The position numbers and the translations under genes were made by a program. Of a DNA stretch of 64,000 nucleotides, positions 52,573 through 62,396 are shown piece by piece. Source of the stretch: a virus; IMG/VR virus record IMGVR_UViG_3300045988_035499; one strand, given 5' to 3'. Under the pieces are notes generated by a model. The model searched no databases. It was not told where the DNA came from and saw nothing but the letters and a program-made list of their open reading frames with translations. Each line of letters begins with the position of its first letter. Within the stretch, counting starts at the first letter, position 1.

Positions 52573-52977
52573 ATGAATTCTAGAGTATTATCGATTGTTA
52601 GCATGTTTATGGCTAGTGTTCTCATTGGCTATAACTTGCTACCAACGAACACATTACAGGCACAACCACCTGTATTTCCTTCTGTAATAGAACTACCTAG
52701 TATAGCTAGAACTATTCCACAAGAAGTGAAGAAGTCTGTGCAAGAGATAGATGTTGAAATAGATCTATCTACTAACGAAGTATCTGTAAAAGGAACAACA
52801 GACGCAATTGTGAATGTTAAGACTACTAATGAGCCAAAACCTATAGTAAAATATAAAACTATAGTAAAAGAGGTAGAGGTCAAATCTACTGGATATCCAT
52901 ATGTAAAAAGTGTGGGTAAAGTTCCAGAAGGTACTACACCTATTTCTCCATTAAAAACTATTAGTAGTAATGAGTAA
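52573..52977 (+). CDS. secreted or membrane-anchored hypothetical protein
   Basis: N-terminal signal/TM-like segment LSIVSMFMASVLIGY. Confidence 0.45.
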   Translation: MNSRVLSIVSMFMASVLIGYNLLPTNTLQAQPPVFPSVIELPSIARTIPQEVKKSVQEIDVEIDLSTNEVSVKGTTDAIVNVKTTNEPKPIVKYKTIVKEVEVKSTGYPYVKSVGKVPEGTTPISPLKTISSNE

Positions 52978-53398
52978 TAAGAATCGCATTATTCTTAAGC
53001 AAATGGTTAGATTATCTACCATTTTAGCTGACCTTATATCTGCAAAACGTAGTATCAATAAGGTTCAAGAACAAGCAGCTTATTTCATTGTACAAGGTGA
53101 AAGTTCTAATTTCTTAGAGGTTAGATTAAAGGCTGCAGAAGCAGATTGCTTATGCTTAGCTCAGTACTTACGTTTGTCTGTAAGTAATTGTTGTAGTAAA
53201 TTGGATGGTTTTGATCCTAGTAGAATGGATCCGCTCGAGTATATCAGTAGTAATGAAATACGAAATAGATGCGCAACTATTTGTCGAGGTACTAAAGAAA
53301 TAGCTATTATTAATTTAGTAACAGGAGAAGTTCAACAGATAGAACCAGATTTACAAAAAAATACGGCTGAAGAGAAAAGTCCTGCGGAAAAAAGTTAA
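52970..53398 (+). CDS. hypothetical protein
   Basis: Intact 142-aa ORF. Confidence 0.5.
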   Translation: MSNKNRIILKQMVRLSTILADLISAKRSINKVQEQAAYFIVQGESSNFLEVRLKAAEADCLCLAQYLRLSVSNCCSKLDGFDPSRMDPLEYISSNEIRNRCATICRGTKEIAIINLVTGEVQQIEPDLQKNTAEEKSPAEKS

Positions 53399-53399
53399 C

Positions 53400-55490
53400 A
53401 GTAATAGCCGCAATATAAATACTATAATTATACTGTAGTTCGAGAGGAGTAAAACTGTAGCGTAAATCACTCCGGTAGTTATAATTGGGAAGTCATACCG
53501 CTACGTCAGGAAGTTTGTGTTCATTAACGCATAGTCCGAAATAGACAGAATCCGAGAATATGTTAGCAGCTACAACTGTGAGATACCCAAAAGGTAGGAT
53601 ACTAGCTTACATACTTGAAAACTATGTAAGAGGAGGTTAGAGTGTACAACCTTCATTAGGCATTGAGAACCGTTTTGGTGAATGCTAAAGACTCGTAGGA
53701 GGAACAATTTAATCCAAATACAAACAGTACAAGGGGAACGAAATCCTCTATAATTACTCGTGTTAGACTATCACAGTCAGAATCAAGTAGGAGTATAAAC
53801 AACGATGACGCAATAGGGACAATCGGGTTCCTAGCCTTAGAATCTTTGAATCAGCTCCTTTGGAAAGAGCAGGCGAAACATTCTAAAAAACTAGGTAATT
53901 GCTACCAACCTGCGGGGTCCAAACTCGCAGTAGAACAAAATCGTGTAGCCGCGCGAGCTGATTGCGAAGACGGACAAAAGGGCTAATCTACAGTGTTCAG
54001 TACACATCAGCTGTGATGCAATATAATAAACATTGGAACTTGTACTTATGAAGGTAGATAAAACAACTGATACTAATGTAAGGGTAACCGTGTTATGGTA
54101 CATACTTATACAAAGTAAGGATATGAAAGCTGGAAACGCAATGATCCGAATGAGTGAAGCGAGAGCGGAACCATGACATTCGACTGATTATCGTGGAGCA
54201 GGAGCCAATCCTGTGCATTATCGTAAATAGTGTGCTGCAAAAGAACTTACGTATAAGGAATGAGGTATATGAGATTGATACCGCCTTTCAAGTCTGAAGT
54301 GACTCACGTGCTTAGTCGTTCGTGTGAGTATAATTGAATGAGGAATGACTGGACAAAGAATGTCCATGCGGTTTGAGGGCGCTATAACCCTGATTCTAAG
54401 AGGATAGAGACCTTTAGCAAGTCTTAATTAATTATCCAGAAATGTATTGAGGTGAAGCTTAGAGAACACCTTCTAAAAAACAGCAGAGCTTATACGTTTT
54501 AAGATATGTAAACGTCTTTGTTTAAGATATAAACTCAACCAGAGTTGAAGATTAAACATCGTAGTAACTAAAAAACTAACAAAGTAATAAGACCTATACA
54601 GGATGCTATGAGGATAGCATCTCATAACCAGCTGATATGTTTAAAGTATGTGAGGATATACTTTATTAACTGATGTACTTATGCCTAATAGAATGGGCTA
54701 TTGGAAAAATGTATTCTAAATTGTTTAACATTTAATAATTGGGAAGTTCAATGATAGGTCAGACGCATAGCAGCTTACGTTGTATGTAAGCAATGAAGAG
54801 TCCAAGTCACCCCGACTGCCAACCGTTACGCTGACATAGACACTCGTAAAGTATATAGCAGCAACTATATATGTACTGAGAACGCTGAATCCGAAAAGTA
54901 AGCCTACACACTAATAAGGTCGTTATTAGTCGAGCAATGCTAATATGCAGAGCGCTAGTAGAAAGGGAGCTAAGTAAGATGATAGGTGGAAATCCTAGTA
55001 TTCGTGCAGTATAAACAACAAATCCTATGCATGGTATGAGTGGGTCATGCTATAAGCAATGAGCTCATGAGTTTGGTAACGCTTAGAATAAAGCGACCGT
55101 TATTCAATAGAATATCGACAATATACGGAAATGCCTTGTAGGTCTATCGTAGACTGATGATAAGCGCTGTTTATAATGCAACTAATCGCGTTATGAACTT
55201 ACGTTGAGAGGTGCATTAAGCATCGTAAAAGTTGAATCTTAATCGTCGACACGGGACGTTAAAACCATAAATATCAGAAATTATCAGAAGTAAAATTCAC
55301 AGAATTTTTCTCATAAATTTAACCGTTTATTTTCAGCATGCCGAGTAGATTATGTGATTGAGTTCACTACTGACATTATTTCAGTAACATAAATAATCGA
55401 AAAGGCGGAGAGCATTAACACAGTATTAATTAAAGAATAAACCAAATGGTTCGTATTGGTATATCAAGTACGGACTCAGAAAGGAAACAT
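53400..55490 (+). ncRNA. about 2.1-kb ORF-free, GC-enriched structured region (large ncRNA candidate or candidates)
   Basis: The only track ORF is one 70-aa antisense ORF. Many local hairpins. Two internal units open with ATAATTGGGAAGT (53481, 54735) and close with AGTATAAACAAC (53792, 55008). Contains the fourth GAATCTTTGAATC copy. Confidence 0.5.
53840..53852 (+). repeat. 13-mer GAATCTTTGAATC, copy 4
   Basis: Exact repeat, 5.8 kb from copies 1-3. Confidence 0.85.
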
Positions 55491-55494
55491 TTGT

Positions 55495-56133
55495 ATGGAA
55501 AATAATAATTCTATTGGAGTAACTGTAGGTATCGGTACTCCATCAATTGAGAGTCAAGTCATGGCTCGGTATCGTCAGACTGCAAAGCAGTACGGTCGTT
55601 ATTTTGGAGAGCAGATTTTTACAGTGATCTCTACAAATCCTGATCTTAAATGGAAACAGGATGTACTTGATAATAAAAATACATTACGGCAAGAAGTACG
55701 TGTATTCATTATCAAGCCTATTGATATAACAGGTGTAGAATTATTAGCTAAAGATCTTGATGGTCAGCCAAAGATTGTCTTGAATCCGAAAGCTAACGAT
55801 CCTAACCTTGTATTCCCGTTAGTAGCTCCTGAGTTTACGAAAGCAAACCGGGCAACTGTAACGGAATGTATTGAACGTATTGGTAAGGCTGGTAGTAAGC
55901 CAATGTTCTTCTCTGCAGAGGAATTGCCTACTCTTAATGAGTTGCTAAAATTGCATAATTTTGGTGTTGTCAATTTCTACGAAGAACAGTCTCGTAAGTA
56001 TATGAAACTTTCAGAAACTGTACGGGATATGATTGAACAAGGTGAACGCGCTCAGATCGAATATGCACGGCAGTGTGGAGTAGATCAGAACGAAACTGAA
56101 GTTCACGTTCAAGTGAAACTTGAAGAAGCGTAA
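55495..56133 (+). CDS. hypothetical protein
   Basis: ATG at 55495 (MENNNSIGV) within track ORF 55456..56133. Confidence 0.55.
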   Translation: MENNNSIGVTVGIGTPSIESQVMARYRQTAKQYGRYFGEQIFTVISTNPDLKWKQDVLDNKNTLRQEVRVFIIKPIDITGVELLAKDLDGQPKIVLNPKANDPNLVFPLVAPEFTKANRATVTECIERIGKAGSKPMFFSAEELPTLNELLKLHNFGVVNFYEEQSRKYMKLSETVRDMIEQGERAQIEYARQCGVDQNETEVHVQVKLEEA

Positions 56134-56138
56134 GCATC

Positions 56139-56693
56139 ATGAATAGCAGAATTTCATCTTTACGGATCGAGCTTCTGCGAATACTAATTTGCTCTGAACC
56201 AACCATATTGTCTAAAGTTCAGATTTGGAACGGAGGACATTCAGAGCCCGCAAAAAAAGTATCAATTAGAGAAGATGGATCGGTCTTCTTCTATTATGGT
56301 AGTGGGCCGTTGTGGTGGCAAAGACTTTTTAATACTTATGAATCGGTAAGTATTATTGATGCTGCAATTCGTATAGCAGATGCTATAACAGGTTCTAATG
56401 GAACTCGTAATGAAATAGCTTTTGATAGTATTACTAAAAGTATTCTTGATGAGGCAATAAAGAAACGTGATTTCGATTGCGTAGTAGATATTCTATTTGA
56501 TAGTATGCGGAATTGTTCGGACGGAGAATTACATTCTAGATATATCAATCAGGAAAATATTAGAAAATACGCAAAAGAAAATGGACTCACTGGTAAAATC
56601 ATGATGGATGGAAATCTATATGGTTATGCTGGTATTAAAACACCCGATGGACGAGTAATTCCTATTAAACTCGGTCGGATTACAGAACAATAG
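56139..56693 (+). CDS. hypothetical protein
   Basis: Intact 184-aa ORF terminated by TAG (56691-56693). Confidence 0.55.
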   Translation: MNSRISSLRIELLRILICSEPTILSKVQIWNGGHSEPAKKVSIREDGSVFFYYGSGPLWWQRLFNTYESVSIIDAAIRIADAITGSNGTRNEIAFDSITKSILDEAIKKRDFDCVVDILFDSMRNCSDGELHSRYINQENIRKYAKENGLTGKIMMDGNLYGYAGIKTPDGRVIPIKLGRITEQ

Positions 56694-56776
56694 TATGAAC
56701 TGGTACTAGTAAATTTCTATTACAGTGCTGAATTGGGCACTTATATAGAGATTACTGAACAGGGTAATCTCTAAAC

Positions 56777-56850
56777 AGTTCCATAGCTTAATTGAATAGA
56801 GCAACAGACTTCTAATCTGTAGGTTATGGGTTTGAATCCCATTGGAACTA
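56777..56850 (+). tRNA. tRNA-Arg (anticodon UCU)
   Basis: AGTTCCA T A GCTT AATTGAATA GAGC A ACAGA CTTCTAA TCTGT AGGTT ATGGG TTTGAAT CCCAT TGGAACT A. Canonical cloverleaf. Unusual elbow: the T loop is TTTGAAT and the D loop has only one G. Confidence 0.8.
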
Positions 56851-56905
56851 CTAACTAGTAGACGTATTTGGTAGAGTATTAACAATTTAAACATTATCAA
56901 TTAAT

Positions 56906-57409
56906 ATGAAATCAATTACATCTAAATATATTATTACAAAGCGTAAAGAACTCAGTAATGAGATTACTAAATACTGGAATATCATTAAAAATGAAAATGT
57001 TATCCCAAAAGGGGCAACCCGTAACTTTGACTTGAAAAAGTTACTTGAAAAAATCCAGGAAATGGCAGATGAACGAATACTACTTAAACTCTATTTACAA
57101 TGTATAAATATGGGTTATAAGAAGTTTTCTGAATTACCTGCAACAAATAATTATCTAGCTATATTTACTTTATGTGAAAAACAGGAACAATTGTTTCATC
57201 TAAGCAAGATAAAAACTATTGACCCAAAGCTTAAGCGAGCTAAAGGAAAAAAAGGATTAAATAATTCTGAAGAACTAACTTCAGCATATATTAGTACCTT
57301 AAAAAATAAGTTACAGTTAGAAATTAATAAGTTAAATAAAGATATTGAAGATTTCAATGAGAGTGCAATACTTAATATTGAATCAGCACCAATGTCTCTT
57401 GCAGCATAG
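56906..57409 (+). CDS. hypothetical protein
   Basis: Intact 167-aa ORF terminated by TAG (57407-57409). Confidence 0.5.
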   Translation: MKSITSKYIITKRKELSNEITKYWNIIKNENVIPKGATRNFDLKKLLEKIQEMADERILLKLYLQCINMGYKKFSELPATNNYLAIFTLCEKQEQLFHLSKIKTIDPKLKRAKGKKGLNNSEELTSAYISTLKNKLQLEINKLNKDIEDFNESAILNIESAPMSLAA

Positions 57410-57435
57410 TTGTAATTACATTATTCGTAAGACTT

Positions 57436-57451
57436 GGGGACGATAGTCCCC
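57436..57451 (+). terminator. GC hairpin (terminator-like)
   Basis: GGGGAC-GATA-GTCCCC followed by tctcttacattttt. Confidence 0.4.
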
Positions 57452-57490
57452 TCTCTTACATTTTTATTAACATTTAAAATTATCAAGATT

Positions 57491-58105
57491 ATGGAAAAAG
57501 TTATTTATATAGATAAAAGACAAAAAGAGTTTACAACTAAAGTAGCTAAAGAAGCTATGGAAGAAAATAAAAGAATTAAACAGTCTAAGAAGGATCGTAT
57601 TAAGGAAATCCTGAAGGAAGCAGGATTTGATCCTAAAAAGCGTTATACGGCAAGTGAAAAGAGAAAGTTCACTCGTATAGTAAAGAACAAATTGTTCACT
57701 AAATCTGTACCTGTTACGTTAACAGATGAACAGTGTAAAGAACGCTGTAAACAGCGTGTAATAGCTAAGAAAGCTCGTTTAGATGCTTTACCTTATGCTA
57801 GATTAGAGATTAAACCTGGTAAACAACGAGGTGCTATTGCAGCAGAATTATCTGTAAAAGAAGAGCCGAAGGAAAGAAAATTCCGCTATTCTATTCAGAG
57901 AAAGAGAGAAGGAGATAGTATGAGAACCTACGATTTCTTAACAGACAATTTCATTGCAAAAACTAATGAAGAAGCTAAGAAGAAAGCTGCTAAATTAGCT
58001 AAGAAGTATGTTAAGGACACTTCATTTGCTGGAATTACAGTTCAAGACATTGAAGGAGATAATAATATTACTTATTATACTAGAAATAAACTTCTAGCCG
58101 CATAA
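57491..58105 (+). CDS. Lys-rich hypothetical protein
   Basis: ATG at 57491 (MEKVIYIDKRQ) within track ORF 57434..58105. Confidence 0.5.
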   Translation: MEKVIYIDKRQKEFTTKVAKEAMEENKRIKQSKKDRIKEILKEAGFDPKKRYTASEKRKFTRIVKNKLFTKSVPVTLTDEQCKERCKQRVIAKKARLDALPYARLEIKPGKQRGAIAAELSVKEEPKERKFRYSIQRKREGDSMRTYDFLTDNFIAKTNEEAKKKAAKLAKKYVKDTSFAGITVQDIEGDNNITYYTRNKLLAA

Positions 58106-58141
58106 AATTAATACAATAAATATCGTAATCGTGATTTGGTT

Positions 58142-58212
58142 TCCTATATAGCTCAGTTGGTAGAGCCGCTAGTAATAGTGTGATTGCGCTGGTTCGAGTC
58201 CAGCTATAGGAT
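58142..58212 (+). ncRNA. tRNA-like element whose anticodon loop is replaced by a GUAA tetraloop
   Basis: TCCTATA TA GCTC AGTTGGTA GAGC, then CGCTA-GTAA-TAGTG, then TGATTGC GCTGG TTCGAGT CCAGC TATAGGA T. Perfect acceptor, D and T arms, but only 21 nt where 22-23 are needed. Confidence 0.45.
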
Positions 58213-58232
58213 CTAATTTTAACTTTATTAAT

Positions 58233-60221
58233 ATGATTATACGAAACAAAATTGTTTATGTATATGATATTGAGGTATTTCCGAATGTATTTCATTGTAC
58301 TGTAAAGAATTCTGAAACAGGACAATTATATATGTTTGAAATATCGCAGAGAAAGAATCAATTAGATGAGTTAGTTCAATTTTTTCATACAGTAAATGAA
58401 CAGCATAATTGGAATGATTTGTATACTATAGATATTCAACTAAACACTGATAAGATGTTTTGTGGATATAATAATCTACATTATGATAATGCTATTATAA
58501 ATTATATCATAGATTATTATAATATAATGAAATACAAAGGATATAGAACTATTTGTAGATCTATATTTAACCTTAGTAAAGTAATAACTACTTCTAGTGA
58601 AGATAATATCGACGCTTGGAAGAAGTGGAAGTATGCAACTTATTTTGAATCTTTTGACCTGCTAACAATGCTCTATTCTAATAAATTAAGAGTAGGTTTG
58701 AAAGAGATGCAAGTTACTATGCAATACAAGAATGTACAAGAATTTGTATGTGATTGGAGAGCAGATTTACCTGAAAAAGAAATTGACTCAATGATTGAGT
58801 ATAATATTAATGACGTTAATTCTACTGAGGAACTCCTCAATCGATGTAAAAAAGATGTTGATTTAAGAATAGCTATTGAAGACGAATACAAAGTAAGAGT
58901 ACTTAGTAAAGATGGTGTAAACATTGGCATGAAAATCCTAACTCAAAAGTATTTAGAGAAAACGGGACAAACATGGTGGGATATTAAAGATTTGAGATCT
59001 CCTATGTCAGTTATACCATTAAAAGATGTTATATTACCATTTATTAAGTATGATAGTCCAATACTACAAAAGGTATTATCTGATATGAAACAACAGATAG
59101 TATCTCCAGGTAGGAAAGGATATGAAAACAAGTTCTTATTTGAAGGACTAAGATACTCTGTAGGAGTTGGAGGGATACATTCTGTGAATGATCCTGAAAT
59201 AATTATTCCTAAAGAAGACGAAATGCTCATAGATATAGATGTTGCTTCACTATATCCAAGTATGCTAATAGAATATGAGTTCTACCCTAAACATTTAGGT
59301 AAAGAATTTCTAGAAGTGTATAGACAAATAAAGAATGAGCGTATAGAAGCTAAACACAAAGGTGATAAAGTTAAAAATGAGACTTTAAAGCTCGCTCTTA
59401 ATGGATTATCAGGTAACTTACAGAATGAACATAACTTCTGTTATAGTCCTTTTGCAGTAATGCAGATTAGAATAAATGGACAGTTACTATTACTAATGCT
59501 AGCTGAAAAACTAACTCAAATTGGATGTAGAATCGTCCAAGCAAATACTGATGGCCTCTTTGTCCTTCTAAAGAGAGATGTATATTCTAAAGCAAACAAT
59601 ATTTGTAGAGAATGGGAACAACTTACTAAGCTTACCTTAGAAGAAGATCGTTTTAAAGCTATGTATCAATATGCTATTAATGATTATTTCGCTATTACTG
59701 AAGAAGGTAAAGTAAAAGAGAAAGGTATGTTTATTACTACTGTGAAATTAGGGAAGGGTTTAACTCCAAAGATCATACCGAAAGCAGTAATAAACTTTTT
59801 TAAAGATGGAGTACCAGTAGAAGATACTATAAAAGGTTGCAAAGATATAAGAGATTTCTTAATGTCAGAAAAAACTGGTAAACAATGGCATGTTGAGTAT
59901 ATGAATAAAGAACAACAGAGAACTAACCGTTTCTATGCATCTACAGATGGTGGATACTTATGGAAATGGAAAGGAGGAGATATTGAAGAAGATAACTACG
60001 TATGGGACAATAATATACAGTCTTATAAGGAGCAAGGAAAAAGAATAGTAAATACTCCTAAACAGTATCAAAATATGCTTACTGCATCTGGTGTTACTTT
60101 ATTAAATTACTTAGATGATAAACCAATTGAAGAGAGAAAGATTAATTATAGGTATTATATAATGGAAGCCTATAAGATAATTAGAGAGTTAAAACCATTA
60201 CAATTGAGCCTATGGGACTAA
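58233..60221 (+). CDS. family B DNA polymerase
   Basis: Exo motifs YDIEVFPN, YNNLHYDNAII and YNINDVNST. Polymerase motifs DVASLYPSM, KLALNGLSGN and ANTDGLFV. Confidence 0.85.
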   Translation: MIIRNKIVYVYDIEVFPNVFHCTVKNSETGQLYMFEISQRKNQLDELVQFFHTVNEQHNWNDLYTIDIQLNTDKMFCGYNNLHYDNAIINYIIDYYNIMKYKGYRTICRSIFNLSKVITTSSEDNIDAWKKWKYATYFESFDLLTMLYSNKLRVGLKEMQVTMQYKNVQEFVCDWRADLPEKEIDSMIEYNINDVNSTEELLNRCKKDVDLRIAIEDEYKVRVLSKDGVNIGMKILTQKYLEKTGQTWWDIKDLRSPMSVIPLKDVILPFIKYDSPILQKVLSDMKQQIVSPGRKGYENKFLFEGLRYSVGVGGIHSVNDPEIIIPKEDEMLIDIDVASLYPSMLIEYEFYPKHLGKEFLEVYRQIKNERIEAKHKGDKVKNETLKLALNGLSGNLQNEHNFCYSPFAVMQIRINGQLLLLMLAEKLTQIGCRIVQANTDGLFVLLKRDVYSKANNICREWEQLTKLTLEEDRFKAMYQYAINDYFAITEEGKVKEKGMFITTVKLGKGLTPKIIPKAVINFFKDGVPVEDTIKGCKDIRDFLMSEKTGKQWHVEYMNKEQQRTNRFYASTDGGYLWKWKGGDIEEDNYVWDNNIQSYKEQGKRIVNTPKQYQNMLTASGVTLLNYLDDKPIEERKINYRYYIMEAYKIIRELKPLQLSLWD

Positions 60222-60275
60222 CAGAGGCTTATCAGATATATTTCAGAACCGTAAGCTCGTATAATATATGAGAAT

Positions 60276-60842
60276 ATGATTTTAGAAATAGACACTTCTA
60301 TCTTAGATAGAATACCAAATTTATCTATTAATCAATTAGTATTCCTAACACTTGTATTGAGTGATATCAAAAACATCAATCAAGACATTCAAAAACTTCT
60401 CAGCCTAGTTAATGAAGAAGAAATACAAGAGTTAGAATCTCGCAATCTGATTACTACCAGTAATGTAGATAATACTAATGTCATAAGTAAAACATCATAT
60501 TTAGATGAACTTCTTAAAGAAGATAAATCTATGTTTGATGAATTTTATGACCAATTTCCAGTTTATGTTATAAGACCTGATGGAACTAAAGGTTTTTTAA
60601 GAGCTAATGTAAACAAATGTAGGAAAGAATATAACCGCATTGTAGGTAAATCTAAAGCAATGCATGAACATATCATGAATTGTCTAAGATTTGAAATTGA
60701 CAATAAGATGCTAACAGGCAAAATAGGTTATATGAAGACTATGTGGAAATGGCTCACTCAACATGAGTGGGAGACTTGTGAGGAACAAATGAAAGTAGAC
60801 CAACCTATAATAAGTAATGATTATGGAGCAAACATCTACTAA
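60276..60842 (+). CDS. hypothetical replication-module protein
   Basis: Intact 188-aa ORF. Confidence 0.5.
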   Translation: MILEIDTSILDRIPNLSINQLVFLTLVLSDIKNINQDIQKLLSLVNEEEIQELESRNLITTSNVDNTNVISKTSYLDELLKEDKSMFDEFYDQFPVYVIRPDGTKGFLRANVNKCRKEYNRIVGKSKAMHEHIMNCLRFEIDNKMLTGKIGYMKTMWKWLTQHEWETCEEQMKVDQPIISNDYGANIY

Positions 60843-61803
60843 AACACTATCATTCCGTCATATATCCTCTGCAACTAACGAAGCAGTAGAATATATTAGA
60901 AAAAGAAAGAATCATGAGATTATTTCTTTAAGAACTAGATGGAATAAGTTCAATCGAAACTGTATGGGTGGAATTGAACCAAATACAATATATACTATAG
61001 TAGGTATATCAGGTAGTGGTAAATCATCATTTGTTAATACGTTAGAAACTGATTTAATAGATTTAAATTCTAATCAGGATGTTATAGTACTTAATTTTTC
61101 ATTTGAAATGTTAAGTTCTAGGCAGGTAGGTAGAAAATTAAGTAGTAAGTTAAGGCAAACTACTACTGAGCTATATAGCGCTAATATAGAGTTAGAAGAT
61201 GATATATTAGCCAAAGTTGAACAGGCTTCTCAACAGATAAAATCATATCCGATATATTACGTAGATACACCGGGTTCTGTTGAAGATATAGCTTCTACTA
61301 TAGATTACTTTTACGAAAATAAAGCTAAAGACAAAAAATTTGTGATCATATTAGATCATACTTTACTTGTTGAAGGTCAAGGACGTGAAAGTGCACTGCA
61401 AGTGATTTCAGATTTACAGAAACTATTTATTAAGGTAAAGAAGTACCCTAATACTACTATAATTCAGTTATCACAGATGAATCGAAACATTGAGGCTCCT
61501 GATAGAATTAATAATCCATCTATGCATTATCCAATGCGTAGCGATATTTCTTCCGCTGATACGATATTTCATGCGTCAGATTATGTTATCTGTATTCACA
61601 GACCGGAATTACTCAATATCCAACAATATGGACCAAATCGTTTACTAGTTAAGAACAAAGTCTTTCTGCATATGTTAAAAAATAGAGATGCAGGAGAATG
61701 TGCAATATTAGAGTTTGAAAACGATCTGAAATACAATAATTTAATTGAAACTATACGAGATGAAGAACCAGCAAAGAAATTTTCGTTTAGTAATAACAAT
61801 TAA
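60817..61803 (+). CDS. DnaB-like / RecA-superfamily replicative helicase
   Basis: Walker A GISGSGKSSF, Walker B-like FVIILDHTLL, then LSQMNRN, as in DnaB C-terminal domains. Confidence 0.65.
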   Translation: MIMEQTSTKTLSFRHISSATNEAVEYIRKRKNHEIISLRTRWNKFNRNCMGGIEPNTIYTIVGISGSGKSSFVNTLETDLIDLNSNQDVIVLNFSFEMLSSRQVGRKLSSKLRQTTTELYSANIELEDDILAKVEQASQQIKSYPIYYVDTPGSVEDIASTIDYFYENKAKDKKFVIILDHTLLVEGQGRESALQVISDLQKLFIKVKKYPNTTIIQLSQMNRNIEAPDRINNPSMHYPMRSDISSADTIFHASDYVICIHRPELLNIQQYGPNRLLVKNKVFLHMLKNRDAGECAILEFENDLKYNNLIETIRDEEPAKKFSFSNNN

Positions 61804-61818
61804 AAAAGGCTGAAATTT

Positions 61819-62325
61819 ATGAAAACATATACATTTACATTACCGAAAACTATTGACACTGCTAAGACTTATAAAGAGAAGTTAATGGATCGTATGATTA
61901 CTGCATACCCGTGGTTAACAGTAGAAAGCAAGAGTGATTATCCTAAGCACAATTATGGTATTGAATATGCTGGTGCTGGCGATTTGATTACTTTAGGTAT
62001 TAGTAATACACACAATGTAGGTTGGTTACCTGCAGGTAGCTATGCATTTGCTACTGATAATACTAATTTTGATTTGGAAACTGAATTCTTTAGCGCAATT
62101 AATGCAATTGACTTGTATGCTAAAAAGAATTATCCGTTTATCAAAGATTATGACTTTGAAGACGAATTTGGTACTCCGATTAAGATTTTTGATAACTTCG
62201 TACAGATCGGTTACGAAATCATACCGATTGCAACAGGTTCTTTGAATCACCTGAAACCTAAAACAAAGAAAATTATACTTGATATTACTATTAAGATTAA
62301 GAACAATAAAACTTATTGGTTCTAA
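61819..62325 (+). CDS. hypothetical protein
   Basis: Intact 168-aa ORF. Confidence 0.5.
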   Translation: MKTYTFTLPKTIDTAKTYKEKLMDRMITAYPWLTVESKSDYPKHNYGIEYAGAGDLITLGISNTHNVGWLPAGSYAFATDNTNFDLETEFFSAINAIDLYAKKNYPFIKDYDFEDEFGTPIKIFDNFVQIGYEIIPIATGSLNHLKPKTKKIILDITIKIKNNKTYWF

Positions 62326-62396
62326 TATTAGAATTATTCCGTACTATCAGAAAAATATCAGAGAATATCAGAATAGGAATACAAAAATAGCTTTTT

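Noticed and set aside
53891-54103. ORF 53891..54103 (-), the only ORF in the 2.1-kb block.
   Set aside because: It is isolated, antisense to all neighbouring genes, has no start context, and is surrounded by stop-dense sequence in all frames.
53400-55490. Group II intron, retron or CRISPR array as explanations for the large non-coding block.
   Set aside because: There is no reverse-transcriptase or Cas ORF nearby, no GTGYG 5' end or domain-V-like hairpin that I could find, and no regularly spaced direct repeats.
56706-58325. ORFs 56706..56900 (-) and 58080..58325 (-).
   Set aside because: Each overlaps a tRNA or tRNA-like gene on the opposite strand and intergenic hairpins.
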